The notes under the pieces are model-generated. The model did no database searches. It saw only the letters and a program-made list of their open reading frames with translations, and was not told the DNA's origin. Below, piece after piece: positions 10,023 to 20,949 of a DNA stretch of 64,000 nt (position 1 is its first letter; every line of letters begins with the position of its first letter). The stretch comes from an uncultured Acidobacteriota bacterium (lineage in GTDB: Bacteria; Acidobacteriota; UBA6911), in NCBI GenBank assembly GCA_963809485.1, contig CAWEJX010000004.1:96001-160000 (forward strand), in the 5' to 3' direction. A program made the translations under genes and the position numbers.

Positions 10023-10511
10023 ATGGAACTAACCTACGAAAATATCTCCAAATGGTTTGACGGCTATTTCGAAGCTGTGCGCAAAAATCAGGCGGATCTC
10101 GAGACGGTGCCGAACCTCAGGAAATATTTCGCCCCCGAGCTGGAACTGGCGATGTACACAGCCCCGTCCGGCAAAGTATCGATGTCACGGGATGCGCTCC
10201 TGATGTCCTTCGTGCACCCCGGTCTGTTTGAGGAGATAACGCCTCAGCATTACGTTATCGATCTGAGACAGCTGATTGTTGCGGTTCAGTTTGAAATACG
10301 CTTCAGGGACGAGCCTTCGTCCACAAAATGGGCTCCGCTGCAGGCAAGCGCACATTACCATTTGGCTGTGGATTACAACAAAGAGCTCAAAATCCGGAAG
10401 ATCCAGTATTGGACGGAAACTCTGCCCGCGGATGTATTTGATTTCTGGTCCAGGCACAGGGATGAAGCGCTGACGAAACTGGCGATCAGGCATATGAACG
10501 CGAAAGCTTAA
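10023..10511 (+). CDS. SnoaL/NTF2-like protein
   Basis: size and alpha+beta pattern (YFAPEL...IRKIQYW); AAGGA RBS. Confidence 0.6.
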   Translation: MELTYENISKWFDGYFEAVRKNQADLETVPNLRKYFAPELELAMYTAPSGKVSMSRDALLMSFVHPGLFEEITPQHYVIDLRQLIVAVQFEIRFRDEPSSTKWAPLQASAHYHLAVDYNKELKIRKIQYWTETLPADVFDFWSRHRDEALTKLAIRHMNAKA

Positions 10512-10590
10512 GCCGCATCTGATGCGGCGCCAAAATGCCGTTTATGGGAAAGGATACATGGATCGGAATCGCTGCCGGCGTCTCGAATGA

Positions 10591-10986
10591 TTCAGTTACC
10601 TCCGGCAAAGCCGGAGGCTTGAAAGATTGGAACCGCTCAAGGCGGTTGGACTAGTTACGCCGGTCTTGAACGCTGACTTACGCGGGCAAAAGCCGATGAG
10701 GCGCTTCCGATCCCCGCGGGGGCCAGCGCTCCGCGCTGGACAGTTTTCTGCGGCGGCACTGTGGCAAGCGCCGTGCGGCAAGGAGATGAAGGGTATGAGA
10801 AACCGGGCGCTTGCCACAGTGCCGCCGCAGAAAACTCCATCGGAAGCACCTCATCGGCTTTTGCTCGCCGACCCTCGCCGAACAAATCGTTTGTCAGCGC
10901 TTTTATCAGCGTTTCTCAGCGTTTCAAAATACAGAGCTGTCAAACTCCTTGAGTCCCCCGGCAGAGCCGGGGGGTTTACCAATGTA
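10591..10986 (-). mobile_element. IS200/IS605-type MITE copy 3 (full length)
   Basis: both end hairpins CCTCCGGCAAAGCCGGAGG and CCCCCGGCAGAGCCGGGGG; internal long inverted repeat. Confidence 0.85.
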
Positions 10987-11047
10987 ATTACGCCGGCGGC
11001 GATTCCGGTTTTCCCTGCACTGGTTTGTCTCTACGGCAGAGGAGCTT

Positions 11048-12727
11048 CTACCTCCACTTGTCGACCTCGACGCTCTGCAGATACATCAGTCCGCCGATGC
11101 TGTAGTAATTGTTGTTGGTTCCGCCGGTGACGATGATTTCCATCGCATTGGGCTGGAACCAGGGCTCCTGCCCTGCCGGCGCTTCCATCAGGTATTTCTT
11201 GAAATCATCAATCGTATTGTAACCGGCATTCTTGACAAAATTGGCGATCGGCGGGCTGAGGACCGCCGTGGCGCCGAAAAGGAACGGGGCCTGTGTGATA
11301 AAGATATCCTTGATGATCTTGGGGAAATTCATCTCTTTGCCCCAGACGTTGGCCCTCCAGTTTTTCGCCGATAGAACGCCCCATCCTTCAAACAGGCTCA
11401 CGATGTTCTGGTTCGGCTTGAAGCCCTTTCGAACTGAAAATGGCTGCCACGGGGAATCGCGCTCGTTCTCGGCAATGACGATGTTGATCAGGTTCATGGG
11501 ATTCCCCACGGTGCCCATGTAGGTCGTCCCCACTTTGCCGCAGTTGCCCAGGTTGATGGCGATCAGGCTCCACGCTCTTCCAATGGTGGTATTGGCATGG
11601 GCATACGGCCCCAGCGCGCCGATCTCATAGTTCAGCCCGATCTCGTCGCGGATCGCGCCGTTGATTACCAGGGCGCCCACAAAGCCGTTGTCGGACACCG
11701 AGATGGCTTCCTTTCCGGTGGACGCCACCGCAAGCAGCAGCGGCAGATATTCCGGTTTGCAGCCGGCCATGACTGCATTCACGGCAACGTCTTTGACCGT
11801 GAAGGTCCAGTACTCAAAATAGCCGCCGGTGTTGGTGGGCGACATCTTGCCGACAATTTCATCGGGATCGTGGCTGGTTCCCTTCAGCATGTCGGCGACC
11901 TTCTCCTCGGTCGGCAGAACCACCGGCAGGAAATCGGTCCACCGCTTTTCCAGAAACATCTTCTGAAGATTATCGGGAGTATCCGTAAATGTAGCCGGGC
12001 CTTTGTCCCGGACCAATTCGCCGGTCCTCTTTTCTTCAGCCGTCAACGGCTTGGTCAGATGCTCGACGATTTCCTGCATGACGTTCTTTTTGCTGATCGG
12101 ACTGATGCCGTTGACGACATCCCGGCGCAACTGTTCGCGGGTTTTTCCCCAAACCGGACCGCGAACCCACTCGATGCGCAGGCCGGGCATGCCTTTGAGA
12201 AGGGCGGCCTCTGTTTCCTGTTTGTAGAATTCGGAAAGGACCAGCGGAACGGCGGGAATACCCATGCTTGCTTCGAAATTGATGGAGTGGCCGACAACTG
12301 CCGGCGCACATTGGCTTCAATGGCCCATCCCGATGATTACGGCAGCGGCATTCTGCTTGATTTCGGCCCACAACTGCGGATCTTCAGCCTCAAAGCCCAT
12401 GCCGCCTTTTCTCTTGAACACAACCTTGGTCTTGGGCATGTTCTGTGTAAACCAGTCCACCATTTCGAGCAGAAGGTTGTCTCCTCCCACAAAGCCGTCG
12501 TCGACAATGTAGATTGTTTTGCCGTCGAGGGAGGCCGGACGCGGCGCCATTGATTTCAGTTTTACAGGGGGAGGATTCCCCAGCGGATTAAGCACCGTTA
12601 TCCTGGTCTCAGCGGAGGCTGCCGCCTTATTCCCCTGTGCCATAGCCTGATTGTCCAAAGCCGGGAAGCCGCAAAACAGGCCCAGGCAGAGCGCCGTAAT
12701 GACGGCCGTCGATATAAAGCCCTTCAT
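11048..12727 (-). CDS. exported UGSC-like selenoprotein (559 aa, Sec137, GMGH-U-SQC)
   Basis: ORFs 12317..12727 and 11048..12265 are in frame across a TGA at 12319-12317; signal peptide; SECIS-like hairpin; colinear with the uninterrupted paralog 25619-27379. Confidence 0.88.
12290..12305 (-). promoter_or_regulatory. bacterial SECIS-like hairpin GCCGGC-AGTT-GTCGGC
   Basis: starts 11 nt after the UGA; G in the apical loop; same geometry in three paralogs. Confidence 0.75.
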
Positions 12728-13059
12728 TGATTCATTACTCCTTTGATTTGGATTGGGATGGAATGCTTCCCCGGACCGCCCGCCAGGAGTGAGTAAGAAA
12801 ACCGCATGCGGGCGCGAGGCTTACATGGTCAATTCCCAATATTCCGTTACATTTTAAATCGTCCATCCCAACCTGCAGCCAACCGGCAGCAGGTTTGTCT
12901 GCATCCAATATGCGACGCAGACCATAACTGGGTTACATTAAACCATCAGCCGATCATCCTTATGACGGAGATCGCCTTCACTGTAGGCAGACGCTCCAGC
13001 ATCTGTCAAGGGCAAGGCAAATGACAGATGCGGCGCCGGACTAATTGGGCAGCCTGAAA

Positions 13060-13294
13060 GTCAGGTACCTCCGGCAAAGCGGAGGCTTGAAAGATTTGAA
13101 CCGCTCAAAGCGGTTGGACTAGTTCCGCCGGTCTTGAGCGCTGACTTACGCGGGCAAAAGCCGATGAGGCGCTTCCGATCCCCGCCGAACAAATCGGCGT
13201 TTGTCAGCGCTTTTATCAGCGTTTCTCAGCGTTTCAAAATACGGAGCTGTCAAACTCTTTGAGTCCCCCGGCAGAGCCGGGGTTTACCAATGTA
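13060..13294 (-). mobile_element. IS200/IS605-type MITE copy 4 (internal deletion)
   Basis: both ends present; deletion junction TTCCGATCCCC|GCCGAACAAATC. Confidence 0.8.
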
Positions 13295-13390
13295 ATTATG
13301 CTGCCGGCGTCGGAATCCTGCCCGAATTGTCGTAATATGCCGCATAATAGCCGACTATTGATGTCGTCGAACACAAAGGAGGTTCGCATC

Positions 13391-14803
13391 ATGAATGCAA
13401 GTTCAGCGAGAAAGACAATCCTGGAGCCGGCAAGGGATATAGAAATCTGCCGGGAGGCCGACGTCGTTGTTGTGGGCGGCGGGCCGGGAGGTATCGGATC
13501 GGCTCTGGCCGCGGCGCGCAGCGGCGCAGACACGGTGCTGGTGGAGAGGTACGGCCACCTCGGAGGCATGGCTACCGGCGGCCTGGTCACCATCATTCCG
13601 AACTTGAGCACCATAGACGGGAAGCAGCAGATAGCCGGCCTGTGCCAGGAACTGATTGACAGGCTGGACGCCAAAGGAGCAACGCACTATCCGAAGAAAG
13701 AGGACTGGGGCACCACGGACGAAAAGCTGGTCAAGTATTACATCGATGCAAACCTGGCCTGGTTCTACATACGCGACGACCTGAATATCGGCCGCAAAAG
13801 AGTGCTCTACACCGCCCTTTTCGATCCCGAAATCATGAAATGCGAGTTGAACACCATGATGGAGGAAGCCGGCGTAAAGCTGTATCTTCACTCGTGGGGC
13901 ACGCGGCCCATAATGGAGGGGAATACGGTTAAGGGCGTCTTTATCGAAAACAAGTCGGGAAGACGGGCGATCCTGGCAAAAGTGGTCATAGATTCCACCG
14001 GGGACGGCGACCTGCTGCAGCCTGCCGGCGCCGAGTGCGATACCCGGATGATCCCCGGCCTGAGAATTGCGGCCTTCGCATTTCCCTTCTGGATCGGCAA
14101 CATTAATATGAAGAAGGTCGAGGAATTCCGGCAAACCCAGCCCGACAAATACGCCGAATTGATGCAGGATCTTCGCCGGCAGGGCGGCGCCGCATTTTAT
14201 ATGAAGGACCTGGTGAAATATCACGACGGCGTCGTCTGGTACCACCCTTTCTTCCCATCAATGAAACAAGCAGATAATGATGAGATCAATCGGGTAGAAA
14301 TCGAAGGCCGCAAGAAAATGCTTCTCTCGTATGAGTTCTACCGGAAAAACGTGCCCGGTTTTGAGAACAGCTACGTCGCCCTCAGTTCACCGCAGCTTGG
14401 CCTCCAGGGTGGACAGAGAGTGGTCGGGGAGTACGTCTGCACGGCGAAAGACATGACGTCCGACGAAGTATTTCCCGACACCATTGCCATTTTCCCTGAC
14501 AACGACAACGGCGAGATCTCGGCCAAACACCCCAGTGTCTATGTCCCTTACCGAGCCCTGGTGCCGAAGAAAATCGACGGCTTGCTTGTCGCCTGCCGGG
14601 CGTTTTCCTCGGAATGGCAATATAACGAATACTTCAACCTGATCCCGCACTGCATCGCGATGGGGCAGGCGGCGGGAACAGCCGCAGCCTTGGCAGCAAG
14701 CGCAGGCATTCAACCCAGGCAGATTGATTGCGGCGCGCTGCAGAAGCGCCTGTTGCGCCAGGGAGTGATACTGCCCGACGAGATAGCGGGAAAGCGCGCG
14801 TAA
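13391..14803 (+). CDS. FAD-dependent oxidoreductase (FAD_oxidored family)
   Basis: VVVVGGGPGG; LGGMATGG; IDSTGDGD; VPYRALVPKKIDGLLVACR; MGQAAGTAAA. Confidence 0.9.
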   Translation: MNASSARKTILEPARDIEICREADVVVVGGGPGGIGSALAAARSGADTVLVERYGHLGGMATGGLVTIIPNLSTIDGKQQIAGLCQELIDRLDAKGATHYPKKEDWGTTDEKLVKYYIDANLAWFYIRDDLNIGRKRVLYTALFDPEIMKCELNTMMEEAGVKLYLHSWGTRPIMEGNTVKGVFIENKSGRRAILAKVVIDSTGDGDLLQPAGAECDTRMIPGLRIAAFAFPFWIGNINMKKVEEFRQTQPDKYAELMQDLRRQGGAAFYMKDLVKYHDGVVWYHPFFPSMKQADNDEINRVEIEGRKKMLLSYEFYRKNVPGFENSYVALSSPQLGLQGGQRVVGEYVCTAKDMTSDEVFPDTIAIFPDNDNGEISAKHPSVYVPYRALVPKKIDGLLVACRAFSSEWQYNEYFNLIPHCIAMGQAAGTAAALAASAGIQPRQIDCGALQKRLLRQGVILPDEIAGKRA

Positions 14804-14930
14804 TTCCGGGATCCTATCATCCGCGTATTTCTTTGTATTATTTAATCTTATGACGGATTCACTCCCGGCCATTTCCACGCAAAAGCAGCTATAGCTTTAA
14901 AATGTATTGGAAAATTTGTGCGCTCTGCGC

Positions 14931-14970
14931 CGAATGAGGACGATAATTATTATGTCCTCATTCGTTTTCT
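14931..14970 (+). terminator. intrinsic terminator
   Basis: CGAATGAGGAC/GTCCTCATTCG 11-bp stem followed by TTTTCT. Confidence 0.65.
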
Positions 14971-15104
14971 GTCTATTAAAATGGGGAGGGGATGCCTGCT
15001 CCCTCAGCATCCTGCATTCTTCATAGGAATGCGACAGCTCGGCATTTAGGCTGAGCGGAGCGCAACGGTTGTTTTATAGCGTTCCTACTTTATCGGGAGG
15101 CTCT

Positions 15105-15797
15105 ATGCGGCATTCTTGTGCATTTCTGTTCTTCATCCTGTTGCTCGGCTCATCGGCATTTGCCCAGGGCAGGGGGATCATTCAATGCGACCCGGGCTCC
15201 AAAATTCCGGTGCCGTCCTGGATCGCGCCTGGCAGACCTCATGTAATCGAGCAGCTGTCCTGCGGTCAAATGGTCAGTGTCGTCGGCATGGAGCGTGGAT
15301 ACGTGAAAATACAGATTGCCGACAAGCCCGCGTACATCGATGCCAAATACGTCCGCATCCTGGATGCCTCGGAACGAATACCGGTGGATGCCGGTGCCGG
15401 CAATAATGTCGCAGCCAAAAAGCCGGTCCCCATAGAGGACGAGGAACAGAACAAATGGAAGGTGCTCACCAAAGAGAACGTGGAAATCCGCGACGAGAAG
15501 CTCCTGAACCCGACGCATAAAAATGGGCCGAGAACCTTTTCAGCTACTATCCGCAATAAAAGCTCCTTTCCCGTCTCCCATCTCCAGCTGTTGGGAAGGC
15601 TGTACGACTGCGCCGGAACACCGGAAAAGGACAATTCCAATTGCGAGATCATCGGCGAAGTGAAGCCTGTAGTTCCTATATCTGTTCCACCCGGCCAGAC
15701 GCGGCGTTTGGCGGCCTCAATGATGTTTGAGTCCACTCCCCGCGCTAAAGGCACTTTTGCCTGGAGCTACAAAATTCTGGGTGTCCGCGTGGAATAA
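15105..15797 (+). CDS. secreted protein with SH3-like N-domain and Ig-like (FxLYD-like) C-domain
   Basis: GGAGG RBS; signal peptide ending SAFA; VSVVGMERGYVKIQ...AYIDAKYV; GRLYDC...VPPGQTR. Confidence 0.65.
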   Translation: MRHSCAFLFFILLLGSSAFAQGRGIIQCDPGSKIPVPSWIAPGRPHVIEQLSCGQMVSVVGMERGYVKIQIADKPAYIDAKYVRILDASERIPVDAGAGNNVAAKKPVPIEDEEQNKWKVLTKENVEIRDEKLLNPTHKNGPRTFSATIRNKSSFPVSHLQLLGRLYDCAGTPEKDNSNCEIIGEVKPVVPISVPPGQTRRLAASMMFESTPRAKGTFAWSYKILGVRVE

Positions 15798-15956
15798 ATT
15801 CGACCTCGCAAACCAACGGATACGATTTTTGCCGGCATCCTTCCGCGCTTGTCGGTATAAGCCGGCGTGTCATCAAAGTCTGCCGGCGCTGCACAGGCGT
15901 GTGAATTGCCGGCATCTCCGCTGACTCTGGTTTAAGGGCAATTTGCCGAAATCACT

Positions 15957-16898
15957 TCAATAGGCAACCTTCTGCTCAGCGAGCTCGCCGGCTGTAAATG
16001 GAACAGTCGCAAGAACTTCATCAGCAAAACCATCCTGAATGACAAAGAGGGCTGCGCCCAGCACCTGAGCCACCAGATCCGGATCGTCTATCTGAATGCC
16101 CTGCAAGGCTGCCATCCCCTGCAGGTAATAGACGAGGTTATTAAAAACCTCCTCCGGGTTGGTTCCTGTAAACAGATTGCCGTAAGAAATCATGCCCGCT
16201 CGGAACATGAACTCGCTGCCGGTGATGATGCTGGCAGCTTCAGGCTGGTTGAGCCGAATCTTGTTCCGATTGGAAAATGCCACCAGGTTACCGGCGTACG
16301 CCTTTGTCAGGAGTGCGGGAAAATCCTTGTTGCATCCGGCCGCAGAATCCGACAGCAGTTTCCCGGATGCCGGATCGAGATACGCATAGACAAAAAAGTC
16401 CCCGGCGAATTCAATGACTTCGTGGGACAGCTCCGCGCGCAGAGCGGCGTACTGCTCGCCATCCAGGCCCAGCTGCTGCCAGGCGTCCCCGAGCATCGCG
16501 TTCAGAATTGCCGCTTTCTGAATTACATATCCGCTCCCGGGATCGAGCGTAATCGATCCGGAATGCGCCGTGTAATCTTCCTCGTTGTGGGCTACAAAAC
16601 CGAATGCCACGGCCTGCTCCAGCTGGTGAGCGGGGCCGCCTCGCGCCATTTTCCAGACTCTGACGTAATCGACGTGAGTGCGGTCCATCAGGTACATTTG
16701 ATAATGCGACCCGAACATGTAGTTGGCAAAATCCGGAGCGGTGCTGCCGTAGATCGCGTTTTGGCGGCTCGATTCGCTCCCGCTCGCAATTTGGTTGGTG
16801 ATAAAGGCATGTGTCAGCGATCCCCAGGCAAAGGCTCCCTGGGAACCCGGCAGAAAAGCCAAAACAAAAGCAAGTGCGATTGTTGATTTCCGGCTCAT
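15957..16898 (-). CDS. secreted zinc-dependent phospholipase C-like protein
   Basis: AFA-WGSLTH mature N-terminus; GSTAPD; GFVAHNEEDYTAH; HEVIE. Confidence 0.7.
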   Translation of the reverse strand: MSRKSTIALAFVLAFLPGSQGAFAWGSLTHAFITNQIASGSESSRQNAIYGSTAPDFANYMFGSHYQMYLMDRTHVDYVRVWKMARGGPAHQLEQAVAFGFVAHNEEDYTAHSGSITLDPGSGYVIQKAAILNAMLGDAWQQLGLDGEQYAALRAELSHEVIEFAGDFFVYAYLDPASGKLLSDSAAGCNKDFPALLTKAYAGNLVAFSNRNKIRLNQPEAASIITGSEFMFRAGMISYGNLFTGTNPEEVFNNLVYYLQGMAALQGIQIDDPDLVAQVLGAALFVIQDGFADEVLATVPFTAGELAEQKVAY

Positions 16899-17387
16899 AC
16901 GTACCTCCACAAAATTGTGATTGCGGACGCTATAGGTTGGATTCCCGCTATTGGCTGCGATCAATAATGGATGAGAGGTCGCAAAAAATAATACTATACA
17001 TTTTCATCACGTGCACGACAAAAGGGCTTTAGCTCAGGAGGTGTTTGGCGCCTTTGCGGCTCGGCCAGCATCGGTATGTTCAAATGTTTCAAGGCCTTAC
17101 ATGGTTCTCCATGCATTTCGCCCGGAGTGTCTGTAGGCCCATCAGAAGGACAATAGACTATCCGCAGGCCGTTTCTGTGGTAGGATCATTTGTTACCTTA
17201 AAATACCGATCGACGCGCTGTCGACTGCGTGTCGAAGACAAGAAACTGAAACCAAAAGAATGCCTGCTCAGCCTTCGTCATCTGCAGTGAAATCCACAGG
17301 CCGCTCCCCGGGTCAGCATTCCCTTTTTCCGGCGTCAGGCATCACAAACGAGGAATTCAGCCTCAAACAACGACAGGAGCAATAAGC

Positions 17388-17969
17388 ATGCAGCCCGATT
17401 GGGTCAAGCAACTCTCCCACATGAAACTGGCCCCGTATATATGCAAGGCCAGGGCTCTCATCGGCGTTCCGAGAATCGGGGGCGAAAACATGTTCAGGCA
17501 CCAGATGATGACCCTTACGATTTTGCTGGATTACCTGGTGATCGATTCCGTCCTGCTCAAGGCCGCCACTATTCACGATGTCGCCGAAGATGCTCTCGGG
17601 ATGCCCGGGTTGAGCCGCAACGAGATGCTGGAGATCGACGACGAAGGCGGGCAGGTGTATGACCTGATGATCGAAGTCACCCGGCGCGTCGACGAGAATG
17701 GGAAAAAGGAACCAAAATCCCGGTACCTGCGGCGCATCATGGAATCGGGCAGCAATCGCGCCAAGGTCCTGAAGCTTGCCGACAGAATCAGCAATCTGGC
17801 TTCTCTGGGATGGGTTCACGACCGGCATTTTGTGGACAGAATAGTCGCTGAGACACGGGAATTTATTCTCCCGTACGCGCATGACATCAACGCCGATATG
17901 GAACGCGAGTTGCGGGATCTCATTGCTTCGAGAGAACGCAGACCTCATTCTGTCGATGCCGCAAGGTGA
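17388..17969 (+). CDS. HD-domain small alarmone hydrolase-like ((p)ppGpp hydrolase family)
   Basis: FRH...IHDVAED...EVTR...LKLADRISN. Confidence 0.75.
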   Translation: MQPDWVKQLSHMKLAPYICKARALIGVPRIGGENMFRHQMMTLTILLDYLVIDSVLLKAATIHDVAEDALGMPGLSRNEMLEIDDEGGQVYDLMIEVTRRVDENGKKEPKSRYLRRIMESGSNRAKVLKLADRISNLASLGWVHDRHFVDRIVAETREFILPYAHDINADMERELRDLIASRERRPHSVDAAR

Positions 17970-18162
17970 TCGGACCACCGATACGTCCGCAGCATGGGTC
18001 CGGCCTCCATACTCCCAGTGAGAATCGAAGGATTCCTGTGAGCGTTGCATTCCTTCTGCCGATATACGCTGCCCTGTTGCGAAATCCTGCAAGCAATGCC
18101 GGCCGCTGTGGTCTAAAATAGTCCGATAAGACAACCGGGCAACCTATGGGGGATGATGCCAA

Positions 18163-18600
18163 ATGACCGAATCAAAGTATGGAAAGTATGTGGTAACCGA
18201 TCTGATAATTCCCGAAGAAAAAAAGAAAATCGCCGCCGATTATGCCAAATACGCCACGCGCATTCTCTGGATGGATGAAGACGTCGTCAAAGGCGCTTTT
18301 CACATGAACACGGCGTGGTACCTGAAAGCCGCCGCTACGCTTGAAAATACGCCCCACGTCCACGATACGGACGAAATTATAGGGTTTTTCGGGAACGATG
18401 CCGCAAATCCGCACGACCTGGGAGGAGAAATAGAAATCTGGCTCGAGGATGAAAAGCAGGTCATCACCAAAAGCGCGCTGCTTTTTGTCCCGGCCGGGAT
18501 GAAACACTGCCCCCTTGTGCTCAAGCGGGTCGACAGGCCCATATTTCATTTCACTATCGTGCCCGGCGGCCGCTACATCAAGGACGAAAATCCAAAATAG
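18163..18600 (+). CDS. cupin-like protein
   Basis: PHVHDTDEIIGFFG...LGGEIEIWL...FVPAGMKHCP. Confidence 0.75.
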   Translation: MTESKYGKYVVTDLIIPEEKKKIAADYAKYATRILWMDEDVVKGAFHMNTAWYLKAAATLENTPHVHDTDEIIGFFGNDAANPHDLGGEIEIWLEDEKQVITKSALLFVPAGMKHCPLVLKRVDRPIFHFTIVPGGRYIKDENPK

Positions 18601-18654
18601 CCATGCACGGGCAGGGGATTCCCGCGGCCGACAAAAGAGTTTCGTGCACAATAG

Positions 18655-18746
18655 GTTTTTAAAGCTTTTTGAACCGCAGAATGTTGAATATGGAATGATG
18701 CATTTCGAAGTTCTGCGATTCGAAATTCGACATTCGATATTCAGCG
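18655..18746. repeat. short-period (about 7-mer GAAT/ATTC) palindromic intergenic repeat, copy A
   Basis: TTTAAAGCTTTTTGAACCGC-GAATGT... followed by ATTCGAA/ATTCGAC/ATTCGAT units; similar to 33836-33933. Confidence 0.6.
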
Positions 18747-18918
18747 AAATTTCTTTTATCCGGCCAGGAACAGAAAACATGCAACGAGGAGCGCCGCAAA
18801 CATGCAGAAAAAGCTTTCCCTCATGTTTTCCTTCCTGTGCCGGGTAAACCCGGCCAAGGCCTCCAGCTTTTGGTGCAAGCTTTTGCCTTCTTCCATAGCC
18901 GGGCGTTCCCAAATGCCT

Positions 18919-20841
18919 TCATTCGAGGCATTTTATTGAAACGAGTTCCACCTGATTGGGCGGCCATCCAAGCCAGTCGGATGGCTGGGGCGCAAACTGC
19001 ACCCGGTCCCATATCCTGCCCGGCGGCGGCGACGGACCAAAAATTTCGATGAATTGGCCGGGGCCGGCCAATGAAACGTCTGTTGAGAAAATCCGGGATA
19101 TTTCAATCGGCACAAGCGCTGACCGAAAGACAGCGGCGTTTCCCCTTGAAAACGCCACCTCGAGTCCCGCGGGCCGCCCGAGGATGCGGGCAGCAGGGTA
19201 CCGGATCTTCAAATCAAAACGGACCGTGCTGCATGCAGCCGGTTCGTCCAGAATTGCTTCCACCCCTTTATCTCGTGCATGGTCTGTCCGGAACCTGAGT
19301 TCGCGGATGCGGAGATCCTTCGGGTGCGGTCTTTTCCGGAGAAGATAAAATCCTGCCCCGGATTTCTGGCCGGGAACCAATTCAAAGCTGCGCCAGAGAT
19401 ATTCAAATACGAGGGGTGTTCGGGTGATGGACTGAACCGAATCAATTGGGCTCGACCCGATTGTGTCCACCGCATAAATGACCTCGGCATCCGGCCCGGC
19501 CCGATCCAGCATTTCCACGTAATATCTTTGCAGGGCTTCCGTACCGGCATTTATGGCCAACAACACTGGCGCCACAAGAGGCCGGCCCAGGGCAACGCTG
19601 ATAGAATTCTGATATGGGAAAACCAGGACAGGTCTATTGCGAGCGTTCTCCACTGCCAGGTGAAGCTCAGGCGGGACCGCTTCCTCGATTTTCGAGGAAG
19701 CCGATAAAATCCGCTTCACTTTAGCCGGCAGCGACGCCGTCCCGTCTAAGACACTCCTGAAGTGAAGGAAGGCGCTTGCGCCGGCCCAGGGCCAGGCGAG
19801 CAGCAGAGCGGCGAAAAGAGTCATCCAAAGGGTTTTTATCGCCCGCGGAATGGGCCAGCCAAAACCCAGAACAAGAAAAAGAACAACGGCCGGACTCAGT
19901 CCCTGGGTGATATGTCCAAGATCGCTGCGAATCAGCGCGGATTTGAGTGATGCTGCCGCGCAAATGGCCAGGCTCATCAACAAGGCGTAATCGGAAACGT
20001 TCAATCGGCGCAGCAGATACACCGCAGCCCCGAAGACATAAATGCCGGCAAGAACCAGCGCCAATGTGGGCCAGAGGCCCAAAGCCCAATTGCTTCCCAT
20101 ACCATAGGTATAGCCGCGCATCATCTCGATGGCATAAAAGTGATAGGCGAAAACGGGCCGGGAGGCAAAACCGATGATGAGATTGCCGGCTGTGAAGAGG
20201 CCCAGCGCGATCCAAAGACTTTCGGTCATGGAACGCCTGTCCACTTTGAACAAAAGCAGAAGGAACGAGGCGGCAATGATAAAAACTGCATATGCGCCCA
20301 GTTCGACGGTTATCAGCTGCGCAACGAGGCATAGAAGCCCAGTTACCGAAGCCCAGGCGCGGCGCTGTTTAACGTTCCCGGCGGCGACCGTCCTGACGAC
20401 GGCTGCCGCGCAGAGCATGAGTGTCAAAACGCGAAAACTCGTAGGCTCAGAGAAGAGGTTCAGAAAAGTCGCCACGACATAAATGAAGAGGGTATGGAGC
20501 CAGCTTAACCGGCGGATCCACAGCAGAAATATTGCGAGCAGGACGATACACGCCAGGTGGAAAGAAAGCAGGATCAGGGGCAGGCTGTCATAAGCCGAAT
20601 GGCTTTGGTGCATCCACTGGCCGAACCGCGCCAGCATCTGGGAAACACTGCCATAGGTAAAATAGAAATCCCGACCGCTGATCTTGCCCTGCTCCCACAT
20701 GGCGGCAAGGCTCAGAGCCCACGATCCGTCGGGGCCTACTTCCCAATAAGTTCCTGTTCCGGGAGGAACCCTCATGATGGAGACCACAATCCACATGAGG
20801 CTGAACAGGATCACAATCGAGTACTTGGCGTATGTCTGCAT
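18919..20841 (-). CDS. polytopic membrane protein (GT-C glycosyltransferase-like)
   Basis: about 11-12 TM segments; GPDGSW...GRDFYFTYG loop; soluble C-terminal domain. Confidence 0.65.
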   Translation of the reverse strand: MQTYAKYSIVILFSLMWIVVSIMRVPPGTGTYWEVGPDGSWALSLAAMWEQGKISGRDFYFTYGSVSQMLARFGQWMHQSHSAYDSLPLILLSFHLACIVLLAIFLLWIRRLSWLHTLFIYVVATFLNLFSEPTSFRVLTLMLCAAAVVRTVAAGNVKQRRAWASVTGLLCLVAQLITVELGAYAVFIIAASFLLLLFKVDRRSMTESLWIALGLFTAGNLIIGFASRPVFAYHFYAIEMMRGYTYGMGSNWALGLWPTLALVLAGIYVFGAAVYLLRRLNVSDYALLMSLAICAAASLKSALIRSDLGHITQGLSPAVVLFLVLGFGWPIPRAIKTLWMTLFAALLLAWPWAGASAFLHFRSVLDGTASLPAKVKRILSASSKIEEAVPPELHLAVENARNRPVLVFPYQNSISVALGRPLVAPVLLAINAGTEALQRYYVEMLDRAGPDAEVIYAVDTIGSSPIDSVQSITRTPLVFEYLWRSFELVPGQKSGAGFYLLRKRPHPKDLRIRELRFRTDHARDKGVEAILDEPAACSTVRFDLKIRYPAARILGRPAGLEVAFSRGNAAVFRSALVPIEISRIFSTDVSLAGPGQFIEIFGPSPPPGRIWDRVQFAPQPSDWLGWPPNQVELVSIKCLE

Positions 20842-20949
20842 GGGCGCATCGACCCGCGACGGAAAATTCCGTGACGCTTTTTATCTCAGTTGGCCAACTT
20901 TTTCAAGGTAACCCTCTTACCCTATGACCCTTTGCCCATCCTGCATCAA

